From: the human T2T-CHM13v2.0 reference genome, Homo sapiens
Assembly (NCBI RefSeq): GCF_009914755.1
Contig: NC_060927.1
Strand: one strand, 5' to 3'
Length of the DNA stretch: 64,000 nt
Shown: piece after piece, positions 13,836 to 28,611 of the stretch
How the letters are laid out: each line of letters starts with the position of its first letter
Position numbering within the stretch: position 1 is the first letter of the stretch
The notes under the pieces: model-generated
Databases searched by the model: none
Told to the model about the DNA's origin: nothing
Seen by the model: the letters and a program-made list of their open reading frames with translations, nothing else
Translations under genes and position numbers: made by a program

Positions 13836-16464
13836 CATTATGGGAATTCAACAAAGAGTTGATGTGAATATTTGTGAAGACAGAAAAAATTGCCATGAGA
13901 TTTGGAATTCCCTTTGGGCAATCATCATATTGTAGCTCCTTAAGCATGGAATGATGTACATCCATTTCCTGGTGGAGGTTGTGGGGTATTTTTTTTTTCC
14001 AATATCAGACAGTAACATAGTAATTTGTGGCCAATACTCAGGGATGTTGGAATAAAGATGCTCAGGACAACACTTATCAGGCTTTCTTGAAAGTGTAGTT
14101 TTGTTTTATGTTTGTTTTAAGAGAAGAAAATTTCCAGTCTCACCATTTGATAGAGTAAAATAAAACCCATAAAATAAAGCAGAATGTACATTTCCTATTT
14201 TTACAGCACTTGAGTGGTGTTTCTGGTTTGAACATAAGCTAATGCATTGTTTTAGCTGTACAAAAATGCAATAACACAAAAGAAAGAGCTTGTACTAATG
14301 GAAGTGAGTAAGCCACGTATTAATCAGTCCACCTAGGGACTTAAATCCCTTTGTTCTCACTCCCACTAAGTAAGTGCAGCATTGCCAAGAGTCATAGGTA
14401 AAACAGTTATAAAATATCAGAATACGATAATTTTTTAAAATATCCAAAACCTGTTTTTAATGTCTGGATTTAATGTATTTTATATTTTACTTTTTTATTT
14501 TTTATAGCAAGTCATTGTCAGCAGAGAGCTATCAGGTCGTAGTGTTTTATCTGTAACACCGGTGAAAGCTCCGCCTCCTACTTCTGGCTTGTGAGAGTTT
14601 CTTTCCTTTGGGGTGGTGGCTGGTGCCAGAATGAGAGGAAATATCATGCCCCCCGAGAGTCAAGAGCAGCTGGTGCAGTTGTCCTGGTGTTTATGGGATA
14701 TTATAGGCATAAAGGCACATTTGGAACTGGTTGAGGAAAGAACTTAATGCTTCTTTCTTTTATCTTTATAATCCACTTTCCTAGCAAGGATTATCCTGCC
14801 GTTCATACTAAATTTAGCAAATGCAGATTAAAGAAAAAAAAAAGCTATGTTGCCACAAGGTGCTGTGAGAATGCAATGCATGTGTTAGATAGATAAACCG
14901 ACTTTTATCAAATGAAACAATAAAGACACAAAGAAACTTGTTCAAACTGGTTTTTTTTTTCTTTGAACAATGAAAGACATTTTTGTAAGAATTAACCAGA
15001 GGGAGTTGTACATCTGGAAAGCGGTGAACACATAGCTTCTATTTGGGAGAAAACTAACATTATTGCCAAAAAATTATCCATCTGTAGTATGATCCAAATT
15101 TGTCAAGCTAGGAGTGTCATAGACAGAAATTTGCTACCAGAAATTTGCATTAGATAGTATTTTCACTATTTATTTTTGATGACATATTTTTTTTTTGGGC
15201 AGAATTTTTATGGTGTGTATTTAGTGAAGAGCTACAGAACTTTAATAAAATAAAATAGTAAAGCATCAGCATGGCAAAACTAGGGTCACAATGGTGACTT
15301 TTAAAAAATTTCCCTACAGAAATCAGGTCTCAGGCACTTTTTGCAAGTCACAGAAATTATTCCTTAGTGTTGGGTTGTCGGCTGTTTTATATTCTTACCC
15401 TTCCCATTATTCCTTATTATTTTTTCTGGAACACTTGGGGTTCCATTGTCCACCTTCTCAATGAACATCAGCATTGTGACTATTATAGGGCATTCACGTC
15501 TGCTTTATTCATTTATTAAATGATTAATTTAGGAAACAGTGAGAAGTGACTCTGGTCCACAGATTTAGGAAGGCCCTGGAAATACAAAGATGAATACGTG
15601 TCCGGTTAACACAGCAGAGTGAACTTTTCCTCCAAAACATAGAAATGCTGTATAAATGAGAACTATTAAATATTATATGGTTGAACTCAAAGAAAAAAAC
15701 TTTAAGAAGTTGTCACATGCGGGAAACAAAGAGCACAAAGCCAATGCATTAAGATAGCGCTGAACTCAAGGTGGGCTTACTGATTTCCAACAATTATTTA
15801 AACTTTAAGGGGTGAGAGCACAGGTTTGATTCCCAAATAAGGGTTCAAGATGAGCCCCTCATATCTTGAAAGGCACAAAGCCTTCATATAAACTCAGAAA
15901 CTATGGACATAATCTGGTCATTCTCCTGGAATATGGCATGGAAGTGTTCCTTCTACACATAACTCGGTGGTTGTTGGGGGAGAGTGACCTATCAGAAATT
16001 GGAACCCAAGCCTACCCACATGCAACTAAATTTGAATTTTTACTTGCGGTGTGTTGAGAGTAAATTTTGCCTCCTCACAGAGGCAAACTGGAAAAGTATG
16101 TGTGTACTTGCATCCAAAATACAAGGTACTTGCAGAAAAGACAATGCCTACTAGAAATAATTATACCATCAGAAATCACTAAAAGTTACCCTAATGAAGT
16201 AGACACCTATGATAGGGTCAATAGATGCACTAAAGATAAGGCAACTGGAATTCCTTCATAATATTTGACACTTAATGTGTTATGTGGAATAATGTTTTAA
16301 ATTTTTGCACCAATATTTTAATCTTTTCTCAATTTTTTCTTTAAAAATATGTAGACTCTTAATTCTCATTCCTACATATGTCTATCCCATGGCTTGAATT
16401 GAACTTCAGTTAAAGAAATGTTGTCAAATTCTGGAATTTAAGAAAGATTTCATATTTGTTTGAT

Positions 16465-16620
16465 TACTCATTCTCTCAACAAATATTATAGAGAGCTATG
16501 GTGTATCAAGCACTGTGCAACATGTTAAAGATACAGCACTTAAAAAGACAGTGTTAATGTGGCTAAAGTGGTAAGTGAAGCCTATGAGACAGGGAGAAAG
16601 GTCAACAGGTAGTTATAATT
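16465..16620 (-). mobile_element. L2 3' end fragment
   Basis: tactcattctctcaacaaatattatagagagctatggtgtatcaagcactgtgc. Confidence 0.55.
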
Positions 16621-17278
16621 CACCAAGATAAATTAATGACATAAACAACACAGCACACATTGCTTTTGAACTAACTTCACTTTTACAAACTGGGAAAGGT
16701 GTTGGGTTTGCCCTGGTCAAGTTTTTGAATTTAATGTGTTAAAAAAAAACATTTTATGGCATACGAATAAAATAAGAATTCTCCTGAATAGAAATCACTG
16801 GTCAAATTACCCTCACATTATGTTCTACAAAAAAAACTCCAGAATATATGGCAATGTCTAAGAATCCTTGATAAAGAATATGGCATGACCCAAAATTTCA
16901 TACACCTAAATTTTCAACCTTATGGAAAATTAATGAAAAGACAACTTTACATATTTGAGACCTGAGAAAGTATATGCGATACTACCCAATGAAAAAAGTT
17001 AATAAAAAAGCACATTGCAGTTCAACCAATGATAAACCAAAATAATGAATTAAAAAAATGCGTTATAAAAAGATGTGATTCCAAAGAAAATATAGTTTCC
17101 GAACAAAAAGAAAGTATTAAAAATCATTCCCAAAGAGGAAAATATACTCTCTAAAATAAAATTAGCAAGAATAATCAGGGATATTTGACTCTTGATATAT
17201 CAACATATTGATCAGTAAGAATGAGCTCCTTAATAAACGTAGCAAAAAGGAAGCCAAAAAGAAAATGGTTGGTCTTAC

Positions 17279-17307
17279 CTTAAGTAAGATTGGCATAATA
17301 CGAAGCT
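17279..17307 (-). other. Candidate 29-bp micro-exon (unverified)
   Basis: Minus strand: atttcttatgttgaacag|AGCTTCGTATTATGCCAATCTTACTTAAG|gtaaga. Confidence 0.15.
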
Positions 17308-19757
17308 CTGTTCAACATAAGAAATACTTTGGCAACAACAGTGATAAGAGCTCATGGAACCAAAATTACATAAAATGACCGCAAATTCATTTTTTTAAGC
17401 ATTTTTTTTTGCTAATTTGCAGAATGATTATATTTTATCTACAAATTTCCAATTTAATTTAATTGCTGAGGTCTTTTAGGCCAAAAATACTACCTGATCA
17501 ACTTTTCTAAAATTTATCTTGTCTATGATAAAATGTTTATTATGCATGTTAAAAATACTTAAATTCTACCTGACATAAAAGTTGTTAATGAATATTTACT
17601 TCTTTTACTATCTTCTCTGTGTGTTTTATTAGAAAGTACCACAAATAAACCTCAAAGACTACTTTGAGCAGTATCAACAGGTTCATTAAATTTGGAACAA
17701 GAAGATGGAAATGACCTAAAAGATAGCCATCAATAGTTTAAAATAAGTGGTCAATATTTTCCCACAGAACACTGGTAAAAATTAAAACACATTCACTGTC
17801 CATTTATGCAGTGTATATTATTATATTCATGTTTTGTTTATTAGAAAAGTCAAAAGATTGAAGAAAGTCAAGTTTGTAATGGAAATTTTAATGGAATCTT
17901 AGAGTAAAGGTAAAGTAGTTGTGGAAAAATAATTCTTACCAGTAGGAAAAATAATCTAGGTAAAAATAACTGTTAACGTGAACCAAAATTTAAAAGTTGT
18001 TTTCTTCATTTATAGAAAGGAGAAATCAACCATTTCTGTAATTTTGACAATATAACTGAAGAATGAGCTGTGTTTCAAAATTATAAATGTAAACTCTAGG
18101 AGAATTAATACGGACTATTTACTTTTTAAATCACCAAGGAATAAAAAATGAACAGGAAAAAAGGAAGAATATAAGATAGAAAATAATGAATAAAATAAAC
18201 AATGGTGACTTAGAAATCTGAAAATAAAAATAATAAACACCATACTTTTCATTATTATTTAGTTAGTTTTTAATTTCAACATTTATTTTAGAGGTGGGGG
18301 TACATATGCAGATTTGTTACATTGGCATATTGTGTGATGCTGAGGTTTGCGGTATGATTGATCCCATCACCCCGGTAGTAAGCATAATACCCAACAGGTA
18401 GTTTTTCAGTCCTTGCCCTGCTCCCTCTCTCTCCCCTTTTGGGGTCCCCAGTGTCTATCATTCCCATCTTTATGTCTACATACACCCAATGTTTAGCTCT
18501 CACTTATAAGTGAAATCACGTGGTATTTAATTTTCTGTTTCAGCTTTAATTTGCTGAGGATAATGGCCTCCAGCTCTACCAGTGTTTCTGTAATGGACAT
18601 GATTCTGCTCTTTTTGTGGCTCTATATAATTTTGTGGTGTATATGTACTACATTATCTTTATCCAGTCCACAATGGATAGGCATCTAGGTTGATTTCAAG
18701 TCTTTGCCATTGTGAATAGTCCTGTGATTAATATGTTAGTTTGGTGCATCTTTTTGGCAGAATAATTTATTCTCCTTTGGGTATACACCCAGCAATGGGA
18801 TTGCTAGGTTGAATGATAATTTCATTTTAAGTTTTTGAGATATCTCCAGACTGCTTTCCACAGTGGCTGAACTAATTTACATTCCCACCAATAGTGTATA
18901 AGAATTCCCTTTTCTCCATACCTTCCCAGCGTCTATTATTTTTTGATAACAGCTATTCTGACTGATATGAGATGGTATCTCGTTGTGGTTTTAATTTGCA
19001 TTTATCTGATGATTAATGATGTGGTGTATTTTTCAGATGTTCCTAGGACATTTGTATGTCTTCTTTTGAGAAGTGTCTGTTCATGTCTTTAGTCCACTTT
19101 TTAATGGGCTTATTTGCTTTTAGCTTGTTGAATTAAGTTCCTTGTAGATTCTGGATATTAGACCCTATTCAGATGCATAACTTGCAAATATTTCTCCCAA
19201 TGTATTTGGTATCTGTTTCCTCTGTTGATAGTTTCTTTTGTTGTGCAGAATCTCTATTTTAATTAGGCACCCCTTGTCAATTTTTGTTTTTGTGTCCTTT
19301 AAGGTCATAGCCATAAATTATTTGCCAAGGCTGATCTCTAGAATGGCATTTCTTAAGCTTTTTCTAGGATTCATATAGCTTGAGGTTTTATATTTAAATT
19401 CTTAATCTATCTTGAGCTAACTTTTGCATATGATGAAAGGTAGAGGTCCAGTTTTAGTCTTCTGCATATGGCTGGTCAGTCATCTCAGCATCATTTATTG
19501 AATAGGGCGTCCTTTCTCCGTTGCTTACTTTTGTCAACTTTGTTGAAGATCAGATGGCAGTAGGCATGCGGCTTTATTTCTGAGTTATTTATTCCATTCC
19601 ATCAGTCCATGTGCCTGTTTTTCTGTTTGTTTGGTTTGTTTTCGTATATTTTTATCAGTATCATGCTGTTGTGAATACTGTTCCCTTATAATATTGTATG
19701 AAGTCAGGTAATATGATACCTTCAGGCTTTGTTCTTTTTGCTTAGAAATGCCTTGGT

Positions 19758-20079
19758 GGCCTGGCGTGTGGCTCATGCCTGTAATCCCAGCACTTTGGGA
19801 GGCCAAGGCGAGTGGATCGCCTGAGGTCAGGAGTTCAAGACCAGTCTGGCCAACGTGGTGAAACCCTATCTCTACTAAAAGTACAAAAAAAAAATTTAGC
19901 AGGGCATGGTGGCAGGTGCCTGTAATCCCAGGTACTTCAGGAAGCTGAAGCAGGAGAATCGCTTGAACCCAGAAGGCGGAGGTTGCAGTGATCCAGGATT
20001 GCACCATTGCACTCCAGGCATGGGCGACAAGAGCAAAACTCTGTCTCAAAAAAGAAAAAAAAAAAAAGAAAAGAAAGAA
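19758..20079 (+). mobile_element. Alu (AluSq-like) inserted in the L1
   Basis: gggcgacaagagcaaaactctgtctc and caccattgcactcc diagnostics; TSD agaaatgccttgg at 19744-19756 and 20080-20092. Confidence 0.95.
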
Positions 20080-22394
20080 AGAAATGCCTTGGCTATTTAG
20101 GCTCTTTTTTGGTTCCATGTGAATTTATGAATTTTAAAATAGTTTTTTTTAATTCTGTGAAAAATGACATTGGTAGTTTGATAGAAACAGCATTAAATCT
20201 GTAGATTGCTTTGGGCAGTATGACCATTTTAATGATATTGATTCTTCCAATCCATGAGCATTAGATGTTTTTCTCTTTGTGTTTGTCATCCATGATTACT
20301 TTCAGCAGTGTTTTCTAGTTCTCCTTGTAAAGATCTTTTATCTCCTTGGTTAAATATATTCCTAGGAATTTTATATGGTTATTGTAAATGGAATTGCCTT
20401 CTTGATTTGGCTCAATGTTTGGATGTCATTGGTGTGTAGAAATGCTACTGATTTTTATAGATTGGTTTTGTACCCTGAGACTTTACTGAAGTTATTTAAT
20501 AGTTCCAGGAGACTTTCAGAAGAGTCTTTAGAGTTTTCTAGGTATGGAATTACATAGTCTGTGAGGAAAGACAGTTTTACTCCTTTTTTTCCTATTTGCA
20601 TCCCTTTTGTTTCTTTGTCTGGCTAGAACTTCTAGTACTATGTTGAATAGGAGTGGTGAGAGAAGGTATCCTTGTCTTTTTCCAGTTTTCAAGGGGAATG
20701 GTTCAAGCTTTTGCCCATTCTGTATGATGTTGGCTGCAGGTTTGTCATAGATGCTCTTATTATTTTGAGCTATGCTTCTTTGATGCCTAATCTGTTGAGG
20801 GTTTTTATCATTAAAGGATGTTAGATTTTACAGAAAGCTTTTTCTGTGTCTATTGAGATGTTCATATGGTTTTTGCTTTTGATTCTGTTTATGTAGTGAT
20901 TCACATTTACTGATTTGTGTATTTTGAACCGGTCTTGCAACCCAGTATTAAAGCCTACTTGACTGTGGTGTACTAATTTTTGATGTACTGATGGATTTGG
21001 CTTGATAATATTTTGTTGAGTTTTTTTTTTTGTTTGTTTGTTTGTTTGTTTGTTTTTGTTTTTTTTTTTGCGTCTCTGTTCAACACAGATACTGGCCTGT
21101 AGTTTTGTTTTTGTTGTTGTGTTTTTGCACTATTTTTGTTTCAGGGTGATGTTAACTTTATAGCCTGAGTTAGAAAAGAGTCCCTCCTCCTTGCTTTTTT
21201 GGACCACTTTTAGTAGAATTGGTAGCAACTTTTCTTTGTATGTTTGGTAGAATTTGGCAGTGAATCTGTCTGGTCCAGGGCTTCTTTTTAGTTGTTATGA
21301 TTTTAATTACAAATTTAATTTTGGAACTCTATATTGGTCTATTCGGGGTCTGAATTTATTCATGAATCTATTTAAGGAAGTTTCATATATCAAGAAATTT
21401 ATCCATTTCCTCTAGATGTCCTAGTTTGTGTGCATAGAGATGTTCATAATAGTCACTGAGGATCATTTCATTTCTGTAGAATCAATTTTAATGCTACCCT
21501 TGTCATTTATGATTGTGTTTTTTATCTTCTCTCTCTTTTTCTTTGTTAGTCTAGCTAGCAGTCTATCGATCTTGTTCATCTTTTCAAAGAACCAATTTTT
21601 GGTTTTGTTGATTCTTTGTATGAATTTCTGGGTCTCAGTTTCATTCAGTTCTCCCCTGGTGTTAATTATTTCTTTTCTTCTGCTAGCTTTGAGATTAGCT
21701 CTTTCTTGTTTTCTCTACTTACTACAGTTTTGATCTTAGATCATTGATTTGAGATCTTTCTAACTTCTCGATACAGGTGTTTAGCAGCACAAACTTTCCT
21801 CTTACTACTGCATTTGCTGCATTCTGGAGATTTTGGTATGTTGTATTTTTATTTTTTATTTCAAAGAATTTTTTGGATATCTAACTTCATTTCATTTTTC
21901 ATACAAAAATTATTCAGGAGCAAGTTGTTTAATTTCCGTGTTGTGTCGTTTTGAGAGTTCTTCTTGGTTTGATTTCTGTTTTTCTTCCACTGTGGTCCAA
22001 GAGTATGTTTGGTATGATTTTGATCTTCTTGAATATATTGAGTCTTGCTTTATGGCTGAGCATGTACTTGATCTTAGAGTATGTCCTGTGGACAGACGAG
22101 AAGAATGTATATTCTGTGGTGCCTGGGGGAAGTATTCTGTAGATGTCTATTAGGTCTACTTAGTCAAATGTTGCATTTAATTCCAGAATTTGTTGGTTTT
22201 TGGCCTCTATGATCTGTCTCATGCTGTCACTTGGGAGTTGAAATCCCCCCACAATGATTGTGTGGCTGTCTAAGTCTTTTTGTAGATCTAAAAGGAATTT
22301 TTAAATGAATCTCGTTGCTGCATTGTTGGGTGCATATATATTTAAGATAGTTAAGTCTCCTTGTTGAATCGAATCGTTTATTATTATGTGATGC

Positions 22395-22775
22395 TGATAT
22401 GGTTTGGCTCTGTTTCCCCACCCAAATATCATGTCAAATTGTAATACCCAGTGTTGGAGGAGGGGCTTATGAGAGGTGATTGAATCATGGGGGCAGACTT
22501 CCCCCTTCATGTTCTTGTGATAGTGAGTTCTTGGAAATCTTGTTGCTTAAAAGTGAATAGAACTTCCCCCTTTGCTCTCTCTTCCTCCTGCTCTGACCAT
22601 GTGAAGATGTACCTGCTGCCCCTTTGTCTTCTGGCATGATTGTAAGTTTCCTGAGGCCTCCCCAGTCACGCTTCTTGTACAGCCTATGGAACTGTTAGTC
22701 AATTAAACCTCTTTTATTTATAAAGTACCCAGTCTCAGGTAATTCTTTATGGCAATGCAAGAACAGACTAATACA
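22395..22775 (+). mobile_element. THE1D/MST-type MaLR solo LTR inserted in L1 ORF2
   Basis: tgatatggtttggctctg...catgattgtaagtttcctgaggcctcccc...cccagtctcaggta...gactaataca; flanks gatgc/aattc fit a decayed 5-bp TSD. Confidence 0.92.
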
Positions 22776-23746
22776 AATTCCCTTCTTTATTCGTTTTTAC
22801 TATTGTTGATTTAAGTATATTTTATCTGATATAAGAATAGTGATTCTTGCTCTCTTTTGATTTTCATTTGCCTGGTAGATTTTTCTTTGGCCTATGGATG
22901 CCATTACGTGTGAGATGTACATCTTGAGGATAGCAGATAGATTGGTCTTGTTGTTGTTTTAATCCACCTTGCCACTGTGTGCCTTTTAAGTGAAGTGTTT
23001 AGACTATTTGCATTCAAGGTTAATATTGATATGTAAGTTTTTGATCCTATTGTGAAGTGTTAATTTCTGGTTCTGGTTGCTTTGTAATTTCTATTGTGTA
23101 GTTGCTGTATTGGGTCTGTGAGCTCTGGTATTGGGTTGATGGTAGCAGATATTGTTCTTTCTTTTCCATGTTTCAAACTCCCTTTAGGATCTCTTGTAAA
23201 GCCAGCCTAGTGGTAACAAATTCTCTTAATGCTTGCTTGTCTGAGAAAGATTTTTTCTCCTGGAGTTATGAAACTTAGTTTGGCAGGATATGAAATTCTT
23301 GGTTGCTGTTTCCTTTCTTTAAAAATGATAAAAATATGCCCCCAATCTCTTCTGCCTTGTAGGGTTTCTGCTGAAAAGTTAATTGTTAGCCCAATGGTGT
23401 TCTTTTTGTATGTAATCTGCCTTTTTTCTGGCTTCCTTTAAGATTTTCTTTTTTAGTGTTGATTTAGAGTAGTCTGATGATGACTGTATGCCTTGATGAT
23501 GCTCATTTTGTATAATACCTTGCAGGTGTTCTCTGTATTTCTTGTACCTGGGTGTCTATATCTCTAGCAAGATTAGGAAAATTGTATTGAATTATTCCCT
23601 CAAACATGTTTTCCAGTTTGTTAATTTTTTTGTTCCTCTCTCCCAGGACTGGCAATGATTTATAGACTTCGACTTTTTGCATGAGTCTTTTTACAAAGTC
23701 TTCTTGAAGACTTTGTTTATTTTTTTAAAACATTCTCTTTATTTTC

Positions 23747-24045
<299 letters not shown>

Positions 24046-26879
24046 TCTCTTCATTTTTGTCCAACTAGGTTAGTTTGAAAGATTGTGAAAGACTGTTCTT
24101 CAAGATCTGAAATTCTTTCTTCTGCTTGGTCTAGTCTATTGATTAGGCATTTGACTGTATTTTAATATTCCTTAAGTGAATTTTTCAATTTCAGAAGTTC
24201 TGATTGATTTTTAAAGGTGTTTATCTCTTCCTTCATTTTCTGAATTGTTTTAGTAGTTTCTTTGTATTGATTTTCAATCTTGTCTTGAATATCATTGATT
24301 TTTCTGGTAATCCGTGCTTTGAATTCCTTATCTGACACTTCCGAGTTTCTATTTTGGTTTCAGACCATTACTAGAGAGCTACTGTGATCCTTTGCTGGTA
24401 TCACAGCATTCAGATTTTTCGTGGTGCTAGGATTTTTACACTGGTTTCTTCTCATTTGGAGATGCTGGCACTTCAATTTTTTGTAATTGTTGTAATGCAC
24501 ATAGAATTTTTTTTCTTTCTCAATATTATTGTTTTTTTTCCTTTCATTTTTCTCTCCCTTGCTAGAGAGTGTAACTGTAAAGTATGTTGTGTAGGGTCTT
24601 TTCAGTTTGCTTCTATGGTCCTATGCATTTCTGTCCACAGGTTTTATATTGGTCTGGTTTTATACAGGTCAACCCTCAAGCCAGTAAAAAAGCAGTAGAT
24701 AAACTAACCTGTAGGTTGAACTGTAAAGTCCAATACAATTGGGTGCTTACAGGTGAGGGCCAGCAATAGCACAAGCAGATGAATATGTATCTGGTGTTGT
24801 TTTTACTGTTAGGTACTTTCTGTTGTTTCAGGCGATGGGCTGGACCTTGGAGTACTTGGTGCCGTGTGCTTTCTATTCCATAGGAGTTGGGGAACACAGC
24901 TTGTAGCATGATTTTTTTTGTAAAAGCAGTGGGAGAGGCTCTGCCTTTGGGCATTTGCTGCAGTGTGTTGGTCATGGTGATGTCAGTTGGTTGGGTCTGT
25001 CCAAGCTCAGGCCTCCTGGAGGAAATGGTCAGGTGCCAGCAGAATTGGAATGGAGTAGGTACTTCTCTAACTCCCTAGCCCCTAGAAGGCCTGTTGGACA
25101 GCATGCATGAGTCCCGATGGGGCTGGATGGGAGGGAAAGTGGCTTAGGTGATGGCTGTGAAGGGAAGGAGTGGGCTGGTCACTAGGTCACCGGCTCAACT
25201 ATCAGGTGGGGAGAAACAGAGCACATAGGCAGAGGGAGCGAGAGGGAAGATCACAGGCCTATAGGAGTAAGGTTTTTCAGAAGGCCTCTAGGCCACAGCC
25301 AAAATGCCCAGTAGAGGGGCAAGGGTTGAGTGCGCTGGAAGTCAGAGGGCAGAAAGGCCTGTTTGGGAAGAAGCAGCAGGGGCAGGGGCACACTGAAAGC
25401 GGTCTTGATGCCTCTTCAGAGGATGGCTGCTGGTATGCTTGAGGCTTGCAAAAGTGTTCAGGCTTTTTGTTCCCTCCCCAGTCTGGGGGCAGCAGGATAA
25501 GGGACTACAGCAACTGCAATGGCAGAGGACTTATCAGTTGCCTCTGGGAGATACACCCCAGAGAAATGCAGAGCCTCCAACCAATTGGAGTAATCAGATG
25601 GGGGTGGTATGGCTGTGCTAGAGTCCCAGGCCAGTGGGCCTTGCCTGGCAAGGAGGAGTGGAGGTGGAGCTTGCAGTCTCTCCCTCCTCAGCACCATGGT
25701 TGGAGCCCCTATCCCAGGGGCATGTAAGAGAGTCTGTCCTTCCTTGTTGGTAGGGCTATGGCAGCTGGCACTGGGGTTCTCAGAGATCCCAGGCCCATGG
25801 GTTTCCTTATGGGCTTGGGCAGTAGTTCTGCCCAGACACAAAGCAGATCTCTGTGTCAGTGTGGAGGCCTGGGGAGGGGTCAGGGGATATCTCCTATGCC
25901 TAGGATTACAAAGGTCTGTGGTGGAATTATGAGTCCCTGAGGCTCTTCCTCACTGACCCTTTCCCCAATGTGGGGAGCTTCCCCTGGTTCTGCACCAGTC
26001 AGTCCTAGATGGATGGCTATCCTGCTTTGCTCCTCTCCGCTCTCCATGGGTCCCTTTGCTTCCTTGATAAATCCCGGTGTGGCCTTTTGGATTATCGACC
26101 TGAACAGCTAGTGTTCACTTGCCATTTTGTTTCCTTTTCAATAGAGTGGCATGCACCAGCTGCTTCTTGTCAGCCATCTTGAAATCTCTACATTCTTTAC
26201 TATTACAGTGAAGCACATTAAAATAATTCCTCATCCACAATATATTGCATTTACCTTAAGTACATATGCCTAGTTATGGGTGTTTTTAGAGTTTATAGAG
26301 CAGGATACTTTTCTGGCCCTTATAAATGTTATTATATAAAGGTTTTGAGAAGATGATTAGCTCACTCTATTAAAAGAGAGAAAAATATGTAGATGTAATG
26401 GGTTATTACATTCAAATTAAGTTCAAATTATTTCATTATGATTTATGATTTAACTTGTGTTATGCAGTGATTCAATAGCTTTTCTTATTTTGTGCCTAGA
26501 TTCATTATATTATTTGTTATAATCAAATAATATTTATTCAATTTTATAAAAGCTGTCATTATAACATCATATTGAGTAAACTGCCATGTGCAGACATTAA
26601 AACAGTCAAAGCAGACTTATTAGTTGCAAAGTATCTTTCTAGTTAATGAGCACTGATTTCCCTTTTCAGTGAAAAATAAAACCAAAATGTGATACAGATG
26701 AAAGGTACTTGCTTCCAAACCAGGATGAGAGTTCAAGAGATTGTATAGATTTTCAATATGTGTAAAGGAAAAGCCGCTTTCAACTTACAATAAACTAAAT
26801 CTGGAAAATAACTTGAAATGAGGTTGTAATGTGACCACTATCCTTTAAGCTATACCTTCCTGAGTGTTGTGCTCCCTCT

Positions 26880-27060
26880 TGCCATATAGGATCTTTGCAC
26901 AGCCCGCTTCTTGTGCCTGAGGGACAATTTTCCTCGACTTCATTTGTTCAATCTCTACCATTTCTTTAGGTCTCAGTCATATGTCAAAAATTCATTCCTT
27001 AGGGAAGTTTCCTTGACCTCTTTAAGAAAGTCTATTTCTCCTTTTATGCTTTCTGCACAC
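26880..27060 (+). mobile_element. L2 fragment
   Basis: ggatctttgcacag...tttaggtctcagtcatatgtc...ttccttagggaagtttccttgacc. Confidence 0.55.
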
Positions 27061-27799
27061 CATTTTATTTATTCGACAAATATGTACCATACTTAATTGA
27101 AACCAAGACACTGCTGATGGTAAGACTTATTTTATTTTATTTTATTTTATTTTATGTGTAGTCACTAGGAAAGACAAGGAGATGCTAATTAAATGATGGC
27201 ACAATGTTTTATAGTATTCAGAATTTTTATTTTACTTTTATTGAAAGAGCTTTCTTTGAAATATTTAGACATAGATTTCTACCATATATCCATCTTATGC
27301 ATATATAAAAGGGAAATTTGATATGAAATAAAGATATTTCTAAAATATTTACATTCAGAATACAACTTTTCCTAGTTTAGTTCAACTCAAAGCAGTCAAT
27401 ATCTATGTATTTTATATAATATATTATTTAAACTATAAAAAGCATTGGTAATGTACTTCTCAAAAATTTGCTTCAAGTTCAAAGTCAGTTACTTTCTTTT
27501 GAGAGTTTGCTGCAATCTTCTTCTTCGTAGAAGGTTTACATAGGTACTTTACTAATTTTTACCACAAAGTTTCAAATTAAGGTTTTCTGATATGATCAGA
27601 ACTTCTAATTTCTTCCTCAAATGAACTTTGAAGTGTTTGATCAAGCCACCAAAAATATACAACCAAGATCAACCATGTGTAGATAATGCAACCTATCACA
27701 CCTTAGCTCAGTGAATGTACCATATTACTGATTATAGTAGCCCAATATCCAAAATGTTAAACTATACCTTTTAGATTGATGAAATGTGCTGTGTAGATG

Positions 27800-27975
27800 T
27801 CAATGCATCAAGCCCTACTTTAAGCACTTTATGAGTATTAGCTGTTTAAATCTTCATAACAACACAATGAGGTAGGTACGATTATTATTCCCATTTCCTA
27901 TGTGAGAAATCAGAAACATTTCTGAGGTTAAGTAACTTGCTGAACTTAATACATCCAGGAAGTGATAGAATCATT
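27800..27975 (-). mobile_element. MIR fragment
   Basis: aatcttcataacaacacaatgaggtaggtacgattattattcccatttcctatgtgagaaa...gaggttaagtaacttgc. Confidence 0.8.
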
Positions 27976-28239
27976 TACACAGTTGTAAACTTGTATATCA
28001 CCTATAACTAAAACCAAGTTGTAATTTATACTTGCTGCTTTAAAAAATTAATTTTTTCCATGGCCACATTGTAAATGCAATGAGAACATGGAACAAAACA
28101 CAGTGCTTAACACAAACTGAAAGCTCGACAGGTATTTATTGTAGAGTGAGTATGAAGAGTCTCTGCAGCATCTTCTCTAAACTTAGCATCTTTTCTTCCC
28201 TGTTCCTTCCTCTTAACTTTGACTTTTGCAGTGTAGTCT

Positions 28240-28275
28240 TATGACTATAAGAGTCATATGTCTCTTATAGTCATA
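28240..28275. repeat. 36-bp near-perfect palindrome
   Basis: tatgactataagag-t-catatg-t-ctcttatagtcata; self-complementary except one T:T pair. Confidence 0.9.
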
Positions 28276-28611
28276 TGTCTATAAAAGAATATGTTTTCTC
28301 TTATGTGGTATAATTTTATGAAAGTCAAAAGATTTTTCACTTGAAATTATCTTCCTTAATGATTAGTGGAAATCCACAATTAGTGATTCATACTTTTGTG
28401 TTTGACTTTTTTTTTCTTGAAGGTATTCTTTTTAGATGTAAATATATGAGAGGTATAACATGGTAAATAATATTGTGTAAATTTATTTGACTTGTCTGTC
28501 CTGTTGATAAAAAATGGGTTTAACATGAGGACTCAAGATGCTTTCTGTGGGAATCAGTATGAATTTGGTAAAACTGGAAGGGTTAAAATCAAATTTCACC
28601 AAAACCAGATT

